Assembly (NCBI GenBank): GCA_047495785.1
Contig: JBLDXI010000009.1
Location: 310,001-374,000, forward strand
Length of the DNA stretch: 64,000 bases
Reading direction: 5' to 3'
From: Lepidodermella squamata
Lineage: Eukaryota > Animalia > Gastrotricha
Below are positions 25,215 to 37,400 of the stretch, piece by piece. Made by a program: the position numbers and the translations under genes. Position 1 is the first letter of the stretch; each line of letters begins with the position of its first letter. A model generated the notes under the pieces. It was not told the DNA's origin. It did no database searches and worked only from the letters and a program-made list of their open reading frames with translations.

Positions 25215-26728
25215 GATATCGAATTCGAAATATGGATTTTTTTTACGATGGAGCACAGATACGTGGAGAGATCTCGGATTGTTGAAGCAAACGAGAAGCA
25301 AACGAGGAAACCCACCGACAACAGCTAATCACCCTATAAGCAACCAATATGGCGTCACTCTCTACAAAAATAATTCCTACAAAAAGAAAACAAAAATGTC
25401 AAGTCAATAAAAATAACATTCATTCAAGATTTTTTGGATAATGACCATCATCATATTATTTCTTCAACCCGCGATGAAATGAGAAAAAATCGTTATTCGC
25501 GAAAATATGACAGCAATAATGTGTATATTGGTATTGATATTACAAGAAATGCGTAATTTTTTAAGTAACATGGTCGATATTCCGGATTCAGAGACGATCA
25601 TACATGCAGTATGGAAGAAAGGCCTCACGTTACTCCAACGCAGCAAAAATAAATGCAAAATTTCACAATAACTCGTGATGAGTTTTCTCGCTCGCAGACA
25701 CCATTGCACAAAAAGTACGAAGACACAACTAACGAGGCTTTGATATGCAGAAGCGCATTTTCTCCCCAGATACTAATTTCCACATCGAGGAGCACCCATG
25801 ATACTGGTAAGATTCATTTATAAACCAATTTTTTTCTACACAAGTCGAGTGCTATCGGGATCGATGACACAAAATAACATCATGATTATATTATGTGGTG
25901 TCAACGTCGTTAAGGAGGATCCGAAATAGCAGCAGCAGCAGTATTGATCATAAATTGGCGCGAGGTTAGAACTTTCGACCGCAAAAGAGTAACTCAGCTT
26001 AAAACAATAAATTGAGTCGCATACAAAAGTAGCAGTCTTACATCGGGACGTACATCAGTTCCGTGTACAAAATACCCAACAAAAAGAAGGATTAGTGTTT
26101 AGTAAATAATTATTAGCTGGTGTCACCGATACCGAAGAAAAGAGAGCCAAAAATGGAAAATAAGCTTGAAATAACCCATTTTACCACGTAATGGCGGCGG
26201 GAAGATGATAGCTCAATTGTAAGGTGAAGATTTCGCAACCCTGAAAAAAGTCGACAACAATTAAGCTTAGCCAGCAAGAAGAAGGGTGTGGGTTTTTGGC
26301 TGGTAATCTACGTGTTGTCACTGGGCAAACAACGAATCATTGAATGCCAACAAACACATCACCATATAAAAAACACGCCTAAGAAGGACCGGCGAACAAG
26401 CTAACACTTGTATGTAGTGAATATACATTAATACATGAACACCGTATCAGAAAGCATATCTAAAACAGAAAATAGGTTTTTTTCGTTTACATTTATTAAT
26501 TTCCCATTATCAACCCGGGGCCGAGCTGTATTAATATTGCTTGCGTTAAGAACGTGTATTATACGCTATTTTGATGATGATGGAAATGCGTGGGTACACT
26601 ACTCACGCAACAAATATTAGGCCAGGCAGATGATAGACAAGTATTTCAATATATTATAGCGTAGCAGTAGTTATGTGAGAATAAAAAATGCATTTGCTGC
26701 GCAGCTTCACGCCATCTCGGTGGTAACA

Positions 26729-29700
26729 TCACCGTTTGATTGATTGCTGGACGAGAAAGGCCGGTAGCATTTCCGGAGCCCCGAGTATTGGACTCGTCCG
26801 TGCCAGCTCCAGCAGCAACTGGCTCGACGCCTGGCGGAGCGCAGGCAACGAGCAGGACTGAGCGATCCACTCTCGTAGCGACGCCAGGTCGGTGACAACT
26901 GTGCGTGCTTTCGAAGGATTCGCGGGTGTGATTATGTCGATTTGGACGATGTCGAGGAAGGCGGGGAACAGCGGCTTGAATATGTTGCTCAGCAGCACGA
27001 ACCGCCACGAGTCTTGCGATTTCCGGCTTATGAAGGCGTCGAACCGCGATATCACTCGCGCCCGTTGACCAGCTGGCGTGCCGAAACGGCCAGACGAGGA
27101 AGCCCCTGAGAGAGGGCCAGTTTTACAGGCACCCACTGAGGGCAGGGAGCTTTGCAACCTGGTCACGTCCAGAGAGATTTCGTCGATTTCGTCGCGAAAA
27201 ACATTTACATTTGCGGAGAGTTGGTTCACTTCGCCAGTCAGTTGATCCAGAAATCTTGCAACTAAACAGTGAATACATACAAAAAACCCTTCAGTATCAA
27301 TCAGAATCACGAGTTCAATTTAAATCAAGAGTTCGTTAAATTTTTCAAGGCGGTGATACGAGATGAATAAAATGTTGCTGAGTAATTTTTATTAGAGAAA
27401 AATTATATATCCCTCGCCCTATCCTGAAGAAAACATAATTAGAATCCACTCCAAAAAGGATTATCAAGCTAATACAATTCCATTAAAGAATGAATAAGAA
27501 GTAAATACAAAGATAAGATTGCATACCAGATAGCAGAAGAGCTGCTTGACTAAGCCCAGCGCGACGACCACGACCACCGCCGACACCTCCGCTTTTGTTC
27601 TGGGGTACGAAAGACTCGGGCAACAGCTCATTGAGTCTTTCCATGGCTGAGGTGATGGCGCTGCGTCGCCGAGATTCGCAAACTATGTGCACGATGCGCC
27701 GCCGAGCGCTGTTCGCGGATGTCGACGGGGTCAAGTCGGCCGCCGCGTAACTTCCAGCTTGATCCTGCTTCTGAACAGCGAAAAGTTGCTGCTGTTGTTG
27801 TTGCTGTTGCTGCTGCGATTGCGGCGGCATCGTATCACTGCCGTACTTCAATCGCTGGTGTAAGACCGAATTCGATGACGATGCTGGCATCAAATTCGAC
27901 GAAGATGAGCTCAAATCACCGGCAATTGACGACGATAATTTAACAGGGTATAGAGGTAAATGAGCGGGGGCAGGGTTGACTTTCGCCATTTCCTGCACTT
28001 GCACCGGCTCGCCGCGAGGTCGCTTTTTCGGCGGAAGGCCGGACGAAATCTGATCAGCTGACATGGGCGTCAAAGGCCCCGTGCTGTTGTCAGGATTCAT
28101 CCACGACCTCCGCGACTGAACATTCGATAACACGACAGGTACGTCGTTATTTTGACTCGGCATCATCATCGCCGGTTGCTTGGCGCTGTTTAGCCGAACG
28201 ATTTGCCCGGGTTTTTGGTTCTGCACCGGTTTAGCCGGTTCTTGGTTTGAACTTAACAAATGAGGAGCGGCAGCAGTCGACGACATGCTATCGACATAGC
28301 TCGATGGCATGGTCACAGACGAGCAAACCGAGGCAGCAGCTGACAGCAGCATGAGGTTGTTGTTATTGTGGTTCATCGACGAGAAAGAAGCGACTGAATC
28401 CGGGGTACTTTGCAGTAAGCTCGCGACAGTTGGATTGTAGCGGGCTAGCGTTGACGAGCTGCCAGAATTCGAATTCGAACTGAAATTATTAGTAACAACT
28501 TGCTGATTGCGTTGTTGCTGCTGTTGGCGTTCGTCCAGGCCGCTGAGGTGTCGGCGTCTTGTCGTCACGGGCATATCGCCCCGTGCGTTTGTCTGCGGTA
28601 CAAACGCTGGCTGCTGGTCGACGGGGGCGCCGGCGGACGCGGTCATAAAAAACTGCTGTTGAGGTCTGCGGTTTTGCGGCGCCTGTTGTTGTTGTTGTTG
28701 CTGCTGTTGTTGTTGGTAGGGATCGCTTTGCGCTGCAAAACGAACACATGCGAGCAATTAGACAGTGAAGCACAAAAACTGGCGGGGATTGTTTTCACAG
28801 GCACGCATCGTTGGTGCTAGGGTAGGGCGGCCTTATCACCAGCAGCAGTATGCATGCAAGAGTGCACAGTGCGCGGAGATAAAGCTAGAGCAGATAGCAA
28901 TATAAAGGATAAAGTAGGTACCTGCTGCCATGTACGGCTGTTGAGCCTGCGAAGTGCCAAAAGCTGACATCTGCGGTGCCATTTGCTGCTGGTGTGGCTG
29001 GTACATCAATGACGTGTCATTGAATGCAGGCCGGATGCTGATCGCCGGCGCTGCCTGCATCGACTGAACAGGTGGATCTTGCGCGAGAAAAATATCGTCG
29101 TCTGCTTGCTGCACTTGTCGGGTCGGCGCTTGCGCTTGTTGAGGCTGAGCAGCGCTCGTGCCCTGAAACGGACCCGATGACATGATGGGAGGGTGGTGAG
29201 CTGCACGAAAATTGAGTCTGCCGTTGTAACTGGCAAGGAACGGCGAAGGCGTATCAGTTTCATACTGCCAAGAGGTTGAGGCGCCAAAATTCGTCGACTG
29301 CAGGTCAGACAGAAATGCTGTAAAACAATCATAGTCAGCAAAACTGTGAACCGATTCTCGTCACCGGGATATTAATAGCGATGAAAGAGTATTGATCGCA
29401 AGTGCATAGCAACGGTGCGCAAAAGGGCGCGCCGGAATAGCGGAAGCGAGCCAATGAATCTACGCAATAGGAAAAGGTAAGAAAACTAACGCGGAGTTTT
29501 AGGCGACAACTCCGTCACTGGCTGCAGTTGCATTAGGCCAGGCTGTATCAAATCTGCGTTTCCCAGGCCACCTTAACGAGATAAAGCGGAAGTAAATAGC
29601 TGTGTTTTTAAAGCAAGCTGTCTCAGAAATATACCGAGCGTCTTCGGATCAGGGAATTCGAACATGCTGTTGCATAGATTCGTAAACAGCGTGTCTGAAA

Positions 29701-30610
29701 AGTCAGCGACCCACATATCGTTATCGTCGTCATAATCACAGAAATTAGACAAAGGCGTAGGAGGACCCATTGCTGACGTGATATTGGTAGGGACGGTGAG
29801 CGAATTACTGGTTGTTGTAGCATTTCCGGCGCTAGAAGTAGGAATGTGCCCAAAGTTGGCACTGCCAGTATTAGGCCTACTCTCCGGGGTTCGCTGGACA
29901 GCTTTGAACGAGAAATGTCTGCCCCTGCATTTGCGTGCAATCACGGCTGGCAGTCGCCAACGCCGGTACTCCTCCTGAATACTCTGTTGGCTCCTCTTCC
30001 AGTACTTTCCCTCAAGTATAACATTATCGGGGCGGCGATCGTTAAACATTTTCGTCGGGACGTACAAATTGCAAACAACAGGTTTGTGTCCGAGTAATGC
30101 TAGTAAAAATGATTGCATATCTCACAATAATCTGAATTCACGCAGCAAACTTTGTTTAAACCATTCTCTCCATATCAAATTGTTGAGTCGGATGCAGTCT
30201 TTCATTGTCAATTTCAAATCTTTGTAGATGTTCCATCGCGGAGAAGGTATTTTTCCGCTGAAATCATGTCAGTGAAAACAATATGATAATGATATTGAAT
30301 ATCGTGAAATACCTATAGGCTAAATCCAGACATCGAAACAGATTATTCAGCGTTCGATCGATGAAAAATGTGACATTGCCGCGGACGTATTTGTAAACGC
30401 TATTGCGGCGCCTTCTGAATTGCGGATTATCTTCGCTTGATTCAAATTCTTCATTATTTTCCTATGATCCGGAAAAAGAATCTCAATCTGAAATTCGAAA
30501 ACAAGGTTTAGCTTGCATACCTGATCTTTGTGGACTTCGCTCAGCATGAAGTGTCCACTGTGTATGGGGCCTTCTGATTGCTGCACCATATTTGGTTTGC
30601 AAAATGTCAT
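26729..30610 (-). CDS. MLXIP: Mondo (MondoA/ChREBP) glucose-sensing bHLH-Zip transcription factor, multi-exon
   Basis: Mondo conserved regions 'IHSGHFMLSEVH', 'SGKIPSPRW', 'IRLNNLIWREW', 'LEGKYWKR...EYRRWR', 'FSDTLF...FEFPDP', 'NADLIQPGLMQLQP'. bHLH 'RRIVHIVCESRRR' and C-terminal DCD/WMC 'WRFVLLSNIFKPLFPAF'. Start could instead be 30589. Confidence 0.92.
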
Positions 30611-32228
30611 CCGTTTAAAATGTTGAAGAAACTCATTCAAAGTCTAAGCAAAAATTGGCAAAGAATTAGATCTCTATTCTAGAAGTTAGTTATAAATACA
30701 AATCCTAATGATTAGAAATAACGAAAAAAAAGCCTCACATGTGAATATATTTTGTTGATTTTCTCGCAAGGAAATGATAATTTAAAGCTAATATCAAGAT
30801 TGTAAAGAGTTCTTGCATTTTGAAGAAGATTCAAAAGGGATTTCCATGACATCGCAATTGATTGGCAGGATCAATTCTTGATTTATAAATACGATTAATA
30901 AAATTCTTCCAAGTGATATAATATCCTTTTCTTATATATTTAGAGTGTAACGCGAGTCTACTCTCATTGAAAATGGAAACAACAAAAAACAAAATTACAG
31001 CTAGGAATGTAGAATTAATTGTCCTGCAAGCAGGGTAAATGATAGGTTCGCATGATGATATGCAATATGGTATGATATGGTATGAGACGGAGGAACTTGG
31101 AGGAAACCATTATTACCCAGTTTCTTGCAATATAATATTCATTCAAAACGAAAGCTAATACATGCGAGAGAATCCCAATCCCTTTTTCAACATTCCGATT
31201 TTCGAAACGTCTTTCAAAATTTTCGAAAACGCAAAGCGTCTTTCGAATAAAGACGGGCAGGTACGATTGGGTTAAACATATTTATTTATCAACAGTAAAA
31301 TTTACAATTATTCAATGCTACTACTAACGTTTCAATGATAATGAACACGTTAGTGTAGAGGACTATGGGAGAAAATAGGGAATATTACATGCTAAGGGTG
31401 TGGCATAGCTTGGTTTGATCCTGATGAACGCAGTGTTAATTAGCATTTCAGGCGGTGTGCAAACTGGAAATTGAACTTTGGACTACGTGAAACGCTAGCT
31501 AAATTCTGTTTAAAAAATACGATCCACAGCTAAAGCTGCGATTGGCATAACGATCATCGCCGAAGAATTATTCATTGTGAGTAATAAACATTGTATGATG
31601 CCACATTATCCAGCTCGCGCCTCCCAGATTCCAGATTCCAGTCACATCAACAATCAAGACGGAATTAAGGTCATCTTGAAAAGATGTGCCATATAATACT
31701 GCCCAAATGACGTCATTGGCAATACATCTTCACATGTATCAAAACTAATAATCAAGGATAATGTATTGCTAACTAAAAAAATGTCAACCAATAATCACAT
31801 TTTTTATTTTGAATTTCAAACTTTCGCGCTTGAACTCAGCTGACTGACTATGGCAGCGCCCGCGTCTGTGTTCGGCGTTTGCGTTCAAAAGCTTCCTCCA
31901 CAACCGCAAACTCGGTTCCTCTAAACCCGTCAAGGTCATACCGCCAATATTTTCGAGTTCGTCAAGGAGCAACTGGATCAATGGATCGAGCCCTGAACCA
32001 TATAGTTATTTTCTGCTCGCTGTTCCGCATTCCGTACCGAAAGTAGAACCATCAATAATTGTGATGGCTGGGATGCTTAATAATTGTGACGCCCAAAACC
32101 TTGAGCGAAGATACAATCAGAAATGTTGATTGGGCTATACTTTATATATAATTCCCTCCAATCAATCTAGCCAAGTACTTGGGCTGCGAACACTATCACC
32201 GACAACTACATCGATGATGATTACGGCT

Positions 32229-32700
32229 TTACACTCTTTGCGAGGGTTTTGCCGCCTTCAACGCGGAGGCACAAATTCGGGCAGTCAGTCGCCGCCACCC
32301 ATTGTGGTCGCTGGCGAGATCTCGGAGCATCGCCATGTCTTTTTCACTAGCCACATCAGGGTACGAAAGCTTCCCGTAGTTGTGATCTTCATATGTTACT
32401 TTCAGGTGATTGTGTGCTTCCCTTATTTCCTTGGCAAGCACTTTTGGCAGTTTGGTCAGGCCTAAGCCTAGGTAGGGTTGGTCACCAACTCGGAAATACA
32501 GATCCATCGCGGCTTGCACTGGTGTCGTCGCCGGTAGACGTAGAATGTGGCCGACACAACTACATCATTTTCTAAAAATACGTGGAAATCGTCCTTGCCA
32601 GTGCTATAACATATATTGGGCCATTTATCTTGTATGACAGGTGTAAGTAATTGGGACGGTTGAATGTGTACGCTGTACACTGCACACTTGATCATATCAA
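32229..32700 (-). mobile_element. decayed 3' fragment of an RTE-like non-LTR retrotransposon ORF
   Basis: Frameshifted reading 'KWPNI...GHILRLPATTPVQAAMDLYF...LRDLASDHNGWRRLTARI' matches the post-RT C-terminal region of RTE-clade LINEs. Confidence 0.65.
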
Positions 32701-32865
32701 AGCTTAAAGCTTGGTAAAATAGGTAACAGAAAAATCGTTCCTATAGTAAATGAGAAAATTAATGGTTCATGGAAGAAAAGCAAAAATCGTAGCTTTCGCA
32801 ATCTTACTACTAGTTTACCGCCAATCAGTAAATCATTGCATTTGTCGATTCAAGTAGACTGTAAA

Positions 32866-34489
32866 ATGCGTAGATACTTCAATAGTCCACCGAGCACACG
32901 AGCTCATCGAGATCGCGATGATCGAGGCAGCTATTCTGGTGAGCCCTGCTTAATATATAATCACCTTCAAGCTTCAAGACATCTTGCGCTATTATGTTCA
33001 GCTTCCAGACTAAGGACAAATGATTATGACCGCGATCGGGACAGAGACCGAGAGAGAGATCGCGAGCGAGACCGCCAACGGGAACGAGAGCGCGGCAATG
33101 ATCGCTTCCCTCGTCTTGAACGCACCATCAATATCAGCGTAAGTTCTACCCTGGGTTTTATTCAAGAATGGCTTAGTTGTTGAATCTTGATGTTTGGGGT
33201 AAATTGCTGCATCGAAGCTTTTCGGAACATTTACCGCCTTCTTGTTACATTTTAGCATGTGTGATTACTCGACAAGGACCTTCTATTTATGAAACTATCG
33301 GCTGGGCACAACTAAAAGTTTGTAGTCACAAAACTTGACAGCCTTAATAATCGTAGCACTAATATTTTTGAGTCTTAGATCTTGGTCTTAGTGGGTTAAA
33401 AAATCCTTATAATTAAATGCATTGTATTTGCATAATAAATTTTCCTTTCTGCAGACGTCTAGGAGATCGCGCTCTCCTCGACGCCCGGACCATTCACCTC
33501 GCCGAAGCTCATCATCAAGTAAGCCTCGCGTACCAGCGACTTCTGCTTCCCGATTATCAACTACTAGATTGCGCAGTCGAAGTCGTAGCCCTGGTAAACA
33601 TTGTTAATTGTTCCTATCCTACCCTATCATATATATTTTGCTAACCAGTGGCAAAACCTGTCCTTAAGCCTAGATCCGCCGATGACTTGAGGAATCAGCT
33701 GGAAAATCCGAGTTTGCTGCGAAAGCCGTAAGTATTTATAGCTATGATTTTTTCAAAGCTTAAGTGTTATCATGTGACAGGGTTGCCAATGGCACGGAGA
33801 ATGTCCCTTGCAGGGTCTGTGGTGAAATATACATTCCGATATACCGTCACGTGAAAACAGCTGCCCATATTGTGAGCGTCTCTTAATGAAACCTTCTTAA
33901 ATCTTCAAATTTGTTCGTTTAGAGGCGAGTAAAGCTTTGCAATGCTGGTTGTCGCAAATGTGAAATCGAGAAGTAGGTTGCCTTTCGAAGGAATTGCAAG
34001 ACAATTTGATAATTTATTTACGGTAGATTTGCTTCGTTTAAAGAACAACGTGACCATATGGCCGAATTTCACGCAAATGAGTCACCTGAGAAAAAAGTAA
34101 CTAATGGTGGAGAATTCAAAACGGTTGACTCGGCCGGAGTTTTCGACGGATCAGATAACGAGAAGAAGGCGGAAAAAGCAGATAAGAAAGTTGCGCCGCT
34201 CCCAAAACCTGTTATTCCGAAAGAGGCCCCGGAATTTCAAGAACCGGATACAGCATACGCTGTTGACTTTATCACGCCAATTAAAGGTTTTTACTGTCAA
34301 ATATGTAAAAAGTTTTTCACGACTGAAAAAGCGGCTCGAGAGCTGCACGCCAAGTCAGCCAGTCATTTCACGGCCTTCAAGCAACTTGTTGAGCGAGAGA
34401 ATCTGAAAAATCTGACTGAAACTAAAGCAGACACCGATCAGAAGAGCAGCGAGCAGACTGCGAGCAATAACGCTTTGGAGCTAATGTGA
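32866..34489 (+). CDS. RS/RD-rich nuclear protein with three zinc fingers, the last of matrin/U1C type (CIZ1/ZNF318/Pep-like)
   Basis: RD/RE and RS repeats. Spliced fingers 'CRVC...HVKTAAH', 'CRKC...HMAEFH' and 'YAVDFITPIKGFYCQICKKFF...HAKSASH'. Confidence 0.8.
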
Positions 34490-37400
34490 TTGTAAAATTT
34501 TCATTGTTCTTTTTGATCTGCCGTTGATTTGCCGACCGCTGGTTTTTTGCGCGTCTGCGATCGATTTTGAGTACAATAAAACTGAATACTATTTGCTCAT
34601 TTTTACGGGCGTTTTCGTTTTAAGTATGTCCGTCACTCAGTGTCCACTGACTTGACAGTTATCAGCCGAGGATGCGTTCCCACTAAATCACTGCGATGAA
34701 AGCAATTTTTATTGCGTGATCGTACTTGGCCCTGTATGAATTGGAAACCCGTTGCGCTCCGGCGAGAATGTAAACGACCCAGATTACCAGAGGCGGCTCA
34801 CTTCAATTGCATTTTCACAGCGCTCAACTGATGCATGGTGCTTGGCATGAATATTATTGCATTTTTATTATTGCACAGATGTTAGTGGTAAATTGAGCTT
34901 AATGCATAAGCGCTGTCACGAATGCAGCACGCTGGTCAAAATTTGGTTTATTTTCGAAACAAGCCCTTCTCGCGTTATTTTTTCATCGTTGTTCGTTAGC
35001 GATGAGTTCTAACTACTTCGAAGCTGATGGCTGCTGACATAGCCGATAGAGCACAGAACTTCAACAAATGCTCTATTATTCTTTTCTTAGTTACAATTCA
35101 TAATAGCGGAAAAATGTTCTTTTATGGTAAACACTGGCTACATTTTCGCACGTAACGTTATAGCTTCATTAGAGGGCGGGTGTTTGAGTGTCATATTAGG
35201 AATGCATGACCAAAAAACATACCTGTATATAAGCAGTTGTTCACTTTTGTCGTCAGAAGTCTGAGTCATCACTGCTATTTACGATAAACACATATCATTA
35301 GATAGCACGCAACGCAATTTTCCGTTTTATTTGCCATAAATTTCGAATACTTTTCCTCCATGCTGTTACGACTTATTCTATTTGCCTAGTAGACTATAAT
35401 TTGATACTAATGAAACGTTATATTATGGTACACGGGCAAGTACCTTGAGGCGCCCTTTCATTTGTATTCTTGTTACTTCGCGCTAGAACACACTACCTTA
35501 AGGAAAAAGTGTCTATTATTGTGGGACCATGATGATGTTTCACAAGTATAGATCTAATTTCGCTATGGAAAATGACTGACCACAGCATCACGCAGGGTAA
35601 AAATCGGTGCTCATCGGTGCGAAACGTCCATAGGCTATTAGATTACTCAGATGTGCGCTATTTTTCTTTCTGTTGTAGAGCGCGTTCGTGTTTTGCTGTT
35701 GCATTGTTATTTTGCATCTATCTGTAGAAAATAATTATTTCAGGCATCAACCATCATTGCTTGCTTCTAGTAAAAAGTTCAGCGAAAAAGCAGCACTTTT
35801 TTCGATAATTTGACTGCTGAAGCATGATTGACCTTTTACAAATTGAAGCTGAAGTTGTCAAGTAACATGCGCAGGTGTAGGTGTTTGTGCACCATCAACT
35901 ATATATTACCTGACAATTTCTATTCCTAATACATGCTAATCAACAGGAATCTGCCTGTTGTACAACCAGCACAAGTAGTATTATTTTGACCGAAGTTTGT
36001 CTTGTGCAATTTACTGAACGTGAAGTGCTGCCTCAATTTGTGCGTGTTCTACTTGGGCCAAGAATTCGGCCCAGATGACGATGAGAGGGGCACACAACAA
36101 ATAATATATCCTATTTTCAGCGCCATGATCCTTATTTTATGAGTACTACACATTGGCGATGATGAGGAAATGTAATATAATGATGAGCGCGCGCGGTAAT
36201 AGCATACGCGTTGCAACAGACTTCGGGCGTTGCCCGGCCCTTGTCAAATAGCAAGAGCATACTACTTGTCGCTAGTGAGTGTTAGTTTTTCGCGTGTTCT
36301 GTTATTTTCACATCGTTAGCTTTTTGCGCTTTTTGACAACTGCCGCCGCTTGAGGTATTTGTTAACGACAGCCCCAACGCAGGTCTTGTGCCAGACGCGC
36401 GCTTTTTGTTAGACGGCATGCGCCTACTTGCGCAAAAATAATGAGGATGATATATTATTGTAATGTGGCGTCAAATAGCATATGATTGTATTGTTCCTCA
36501 GTCGGCATCGTCGCAGGTGGTACCCATGTTTTGTACGCTTGACATGGCATCGCGTCTCCTTCTCATCTTTTTCGAAAGCGGCTCCCTATCTTTCATCCGC
36601 ATTCGCGATTATTCATCTTTCCTGTGCCTTCACTCGCTTGTGTCTTGAACCACTCCATGCGCTTGCATATTATGTTCCCTGACAATGGGAATACCTAGTG
36701 CGATGAGGAAGCTGATAGGTTTGATTGCTGGCCTTTTTTAAGCTGACATGATATGAGCGATAGGCTGCAGCATGAGTATACTTAACACTCATTACACGGC
36801 ATCCTTCATCCATCATCCTGATATCCAAAAGGCCTTTCCTCTAAACGAAGCGAAATTTCTATTCATCCTACTTCAAATATTTTCAAATATCCACACTGTC
36901 TGATTTCTTAAAAAAAATCACTTTAAACTTTTAGAAATCCAACTGCAGAGAAAGTTTTCTAAAAATCGGACTATTTTTGGCTCTAGTTCAATCCGAACGT
37001 TTTATGTGCTAAATCTGACTCTTAAAACCGTACTGTTTGTGGGCGATATTGTTAAGGTGCGACGACACCTCAAAATTCGCTACATTTTTGAATTGGCCTA
37101 TCATCCTGATCTAGTCTGGCATTTCAATTATTTATATGGAAAGGTATGAATTTCATGCCAGATTATGACAACAGCTTGTAAAAAATTAGTACAATTATGC
37201 ATTTTACGCTAAATTTCCTCGCTAACCGTCCATTTCCGCAACCTTATTCCGGTTTTTAGACAGCTTCAACTTTACCAATACTCGATCTGTCGCCTCTTTC
37301 CACATGCCATCCCAAAAGTCATCCCATTGCTGTTTAGGAAAATCGTTTTTTTTAATGTCGTAAAAAAACTCAGGTCCAACTTCTTATCCTATCGAGATGT

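Noticed and set aside
27783-28715. (CAG/CAA)n tracts in Mondo, and similarly in GAS2L ~45930-45960
   Set aside because: Ordinary poly-Gln coding low-complexity sequence.
31600-32130. Coding-like minus-strand fragments (…LSIPAITIIDG…, IQLLLDELENIGG…)
   Set aside because: Interrupted by stops and not assignable; possible pseudogene relic but unsupported.
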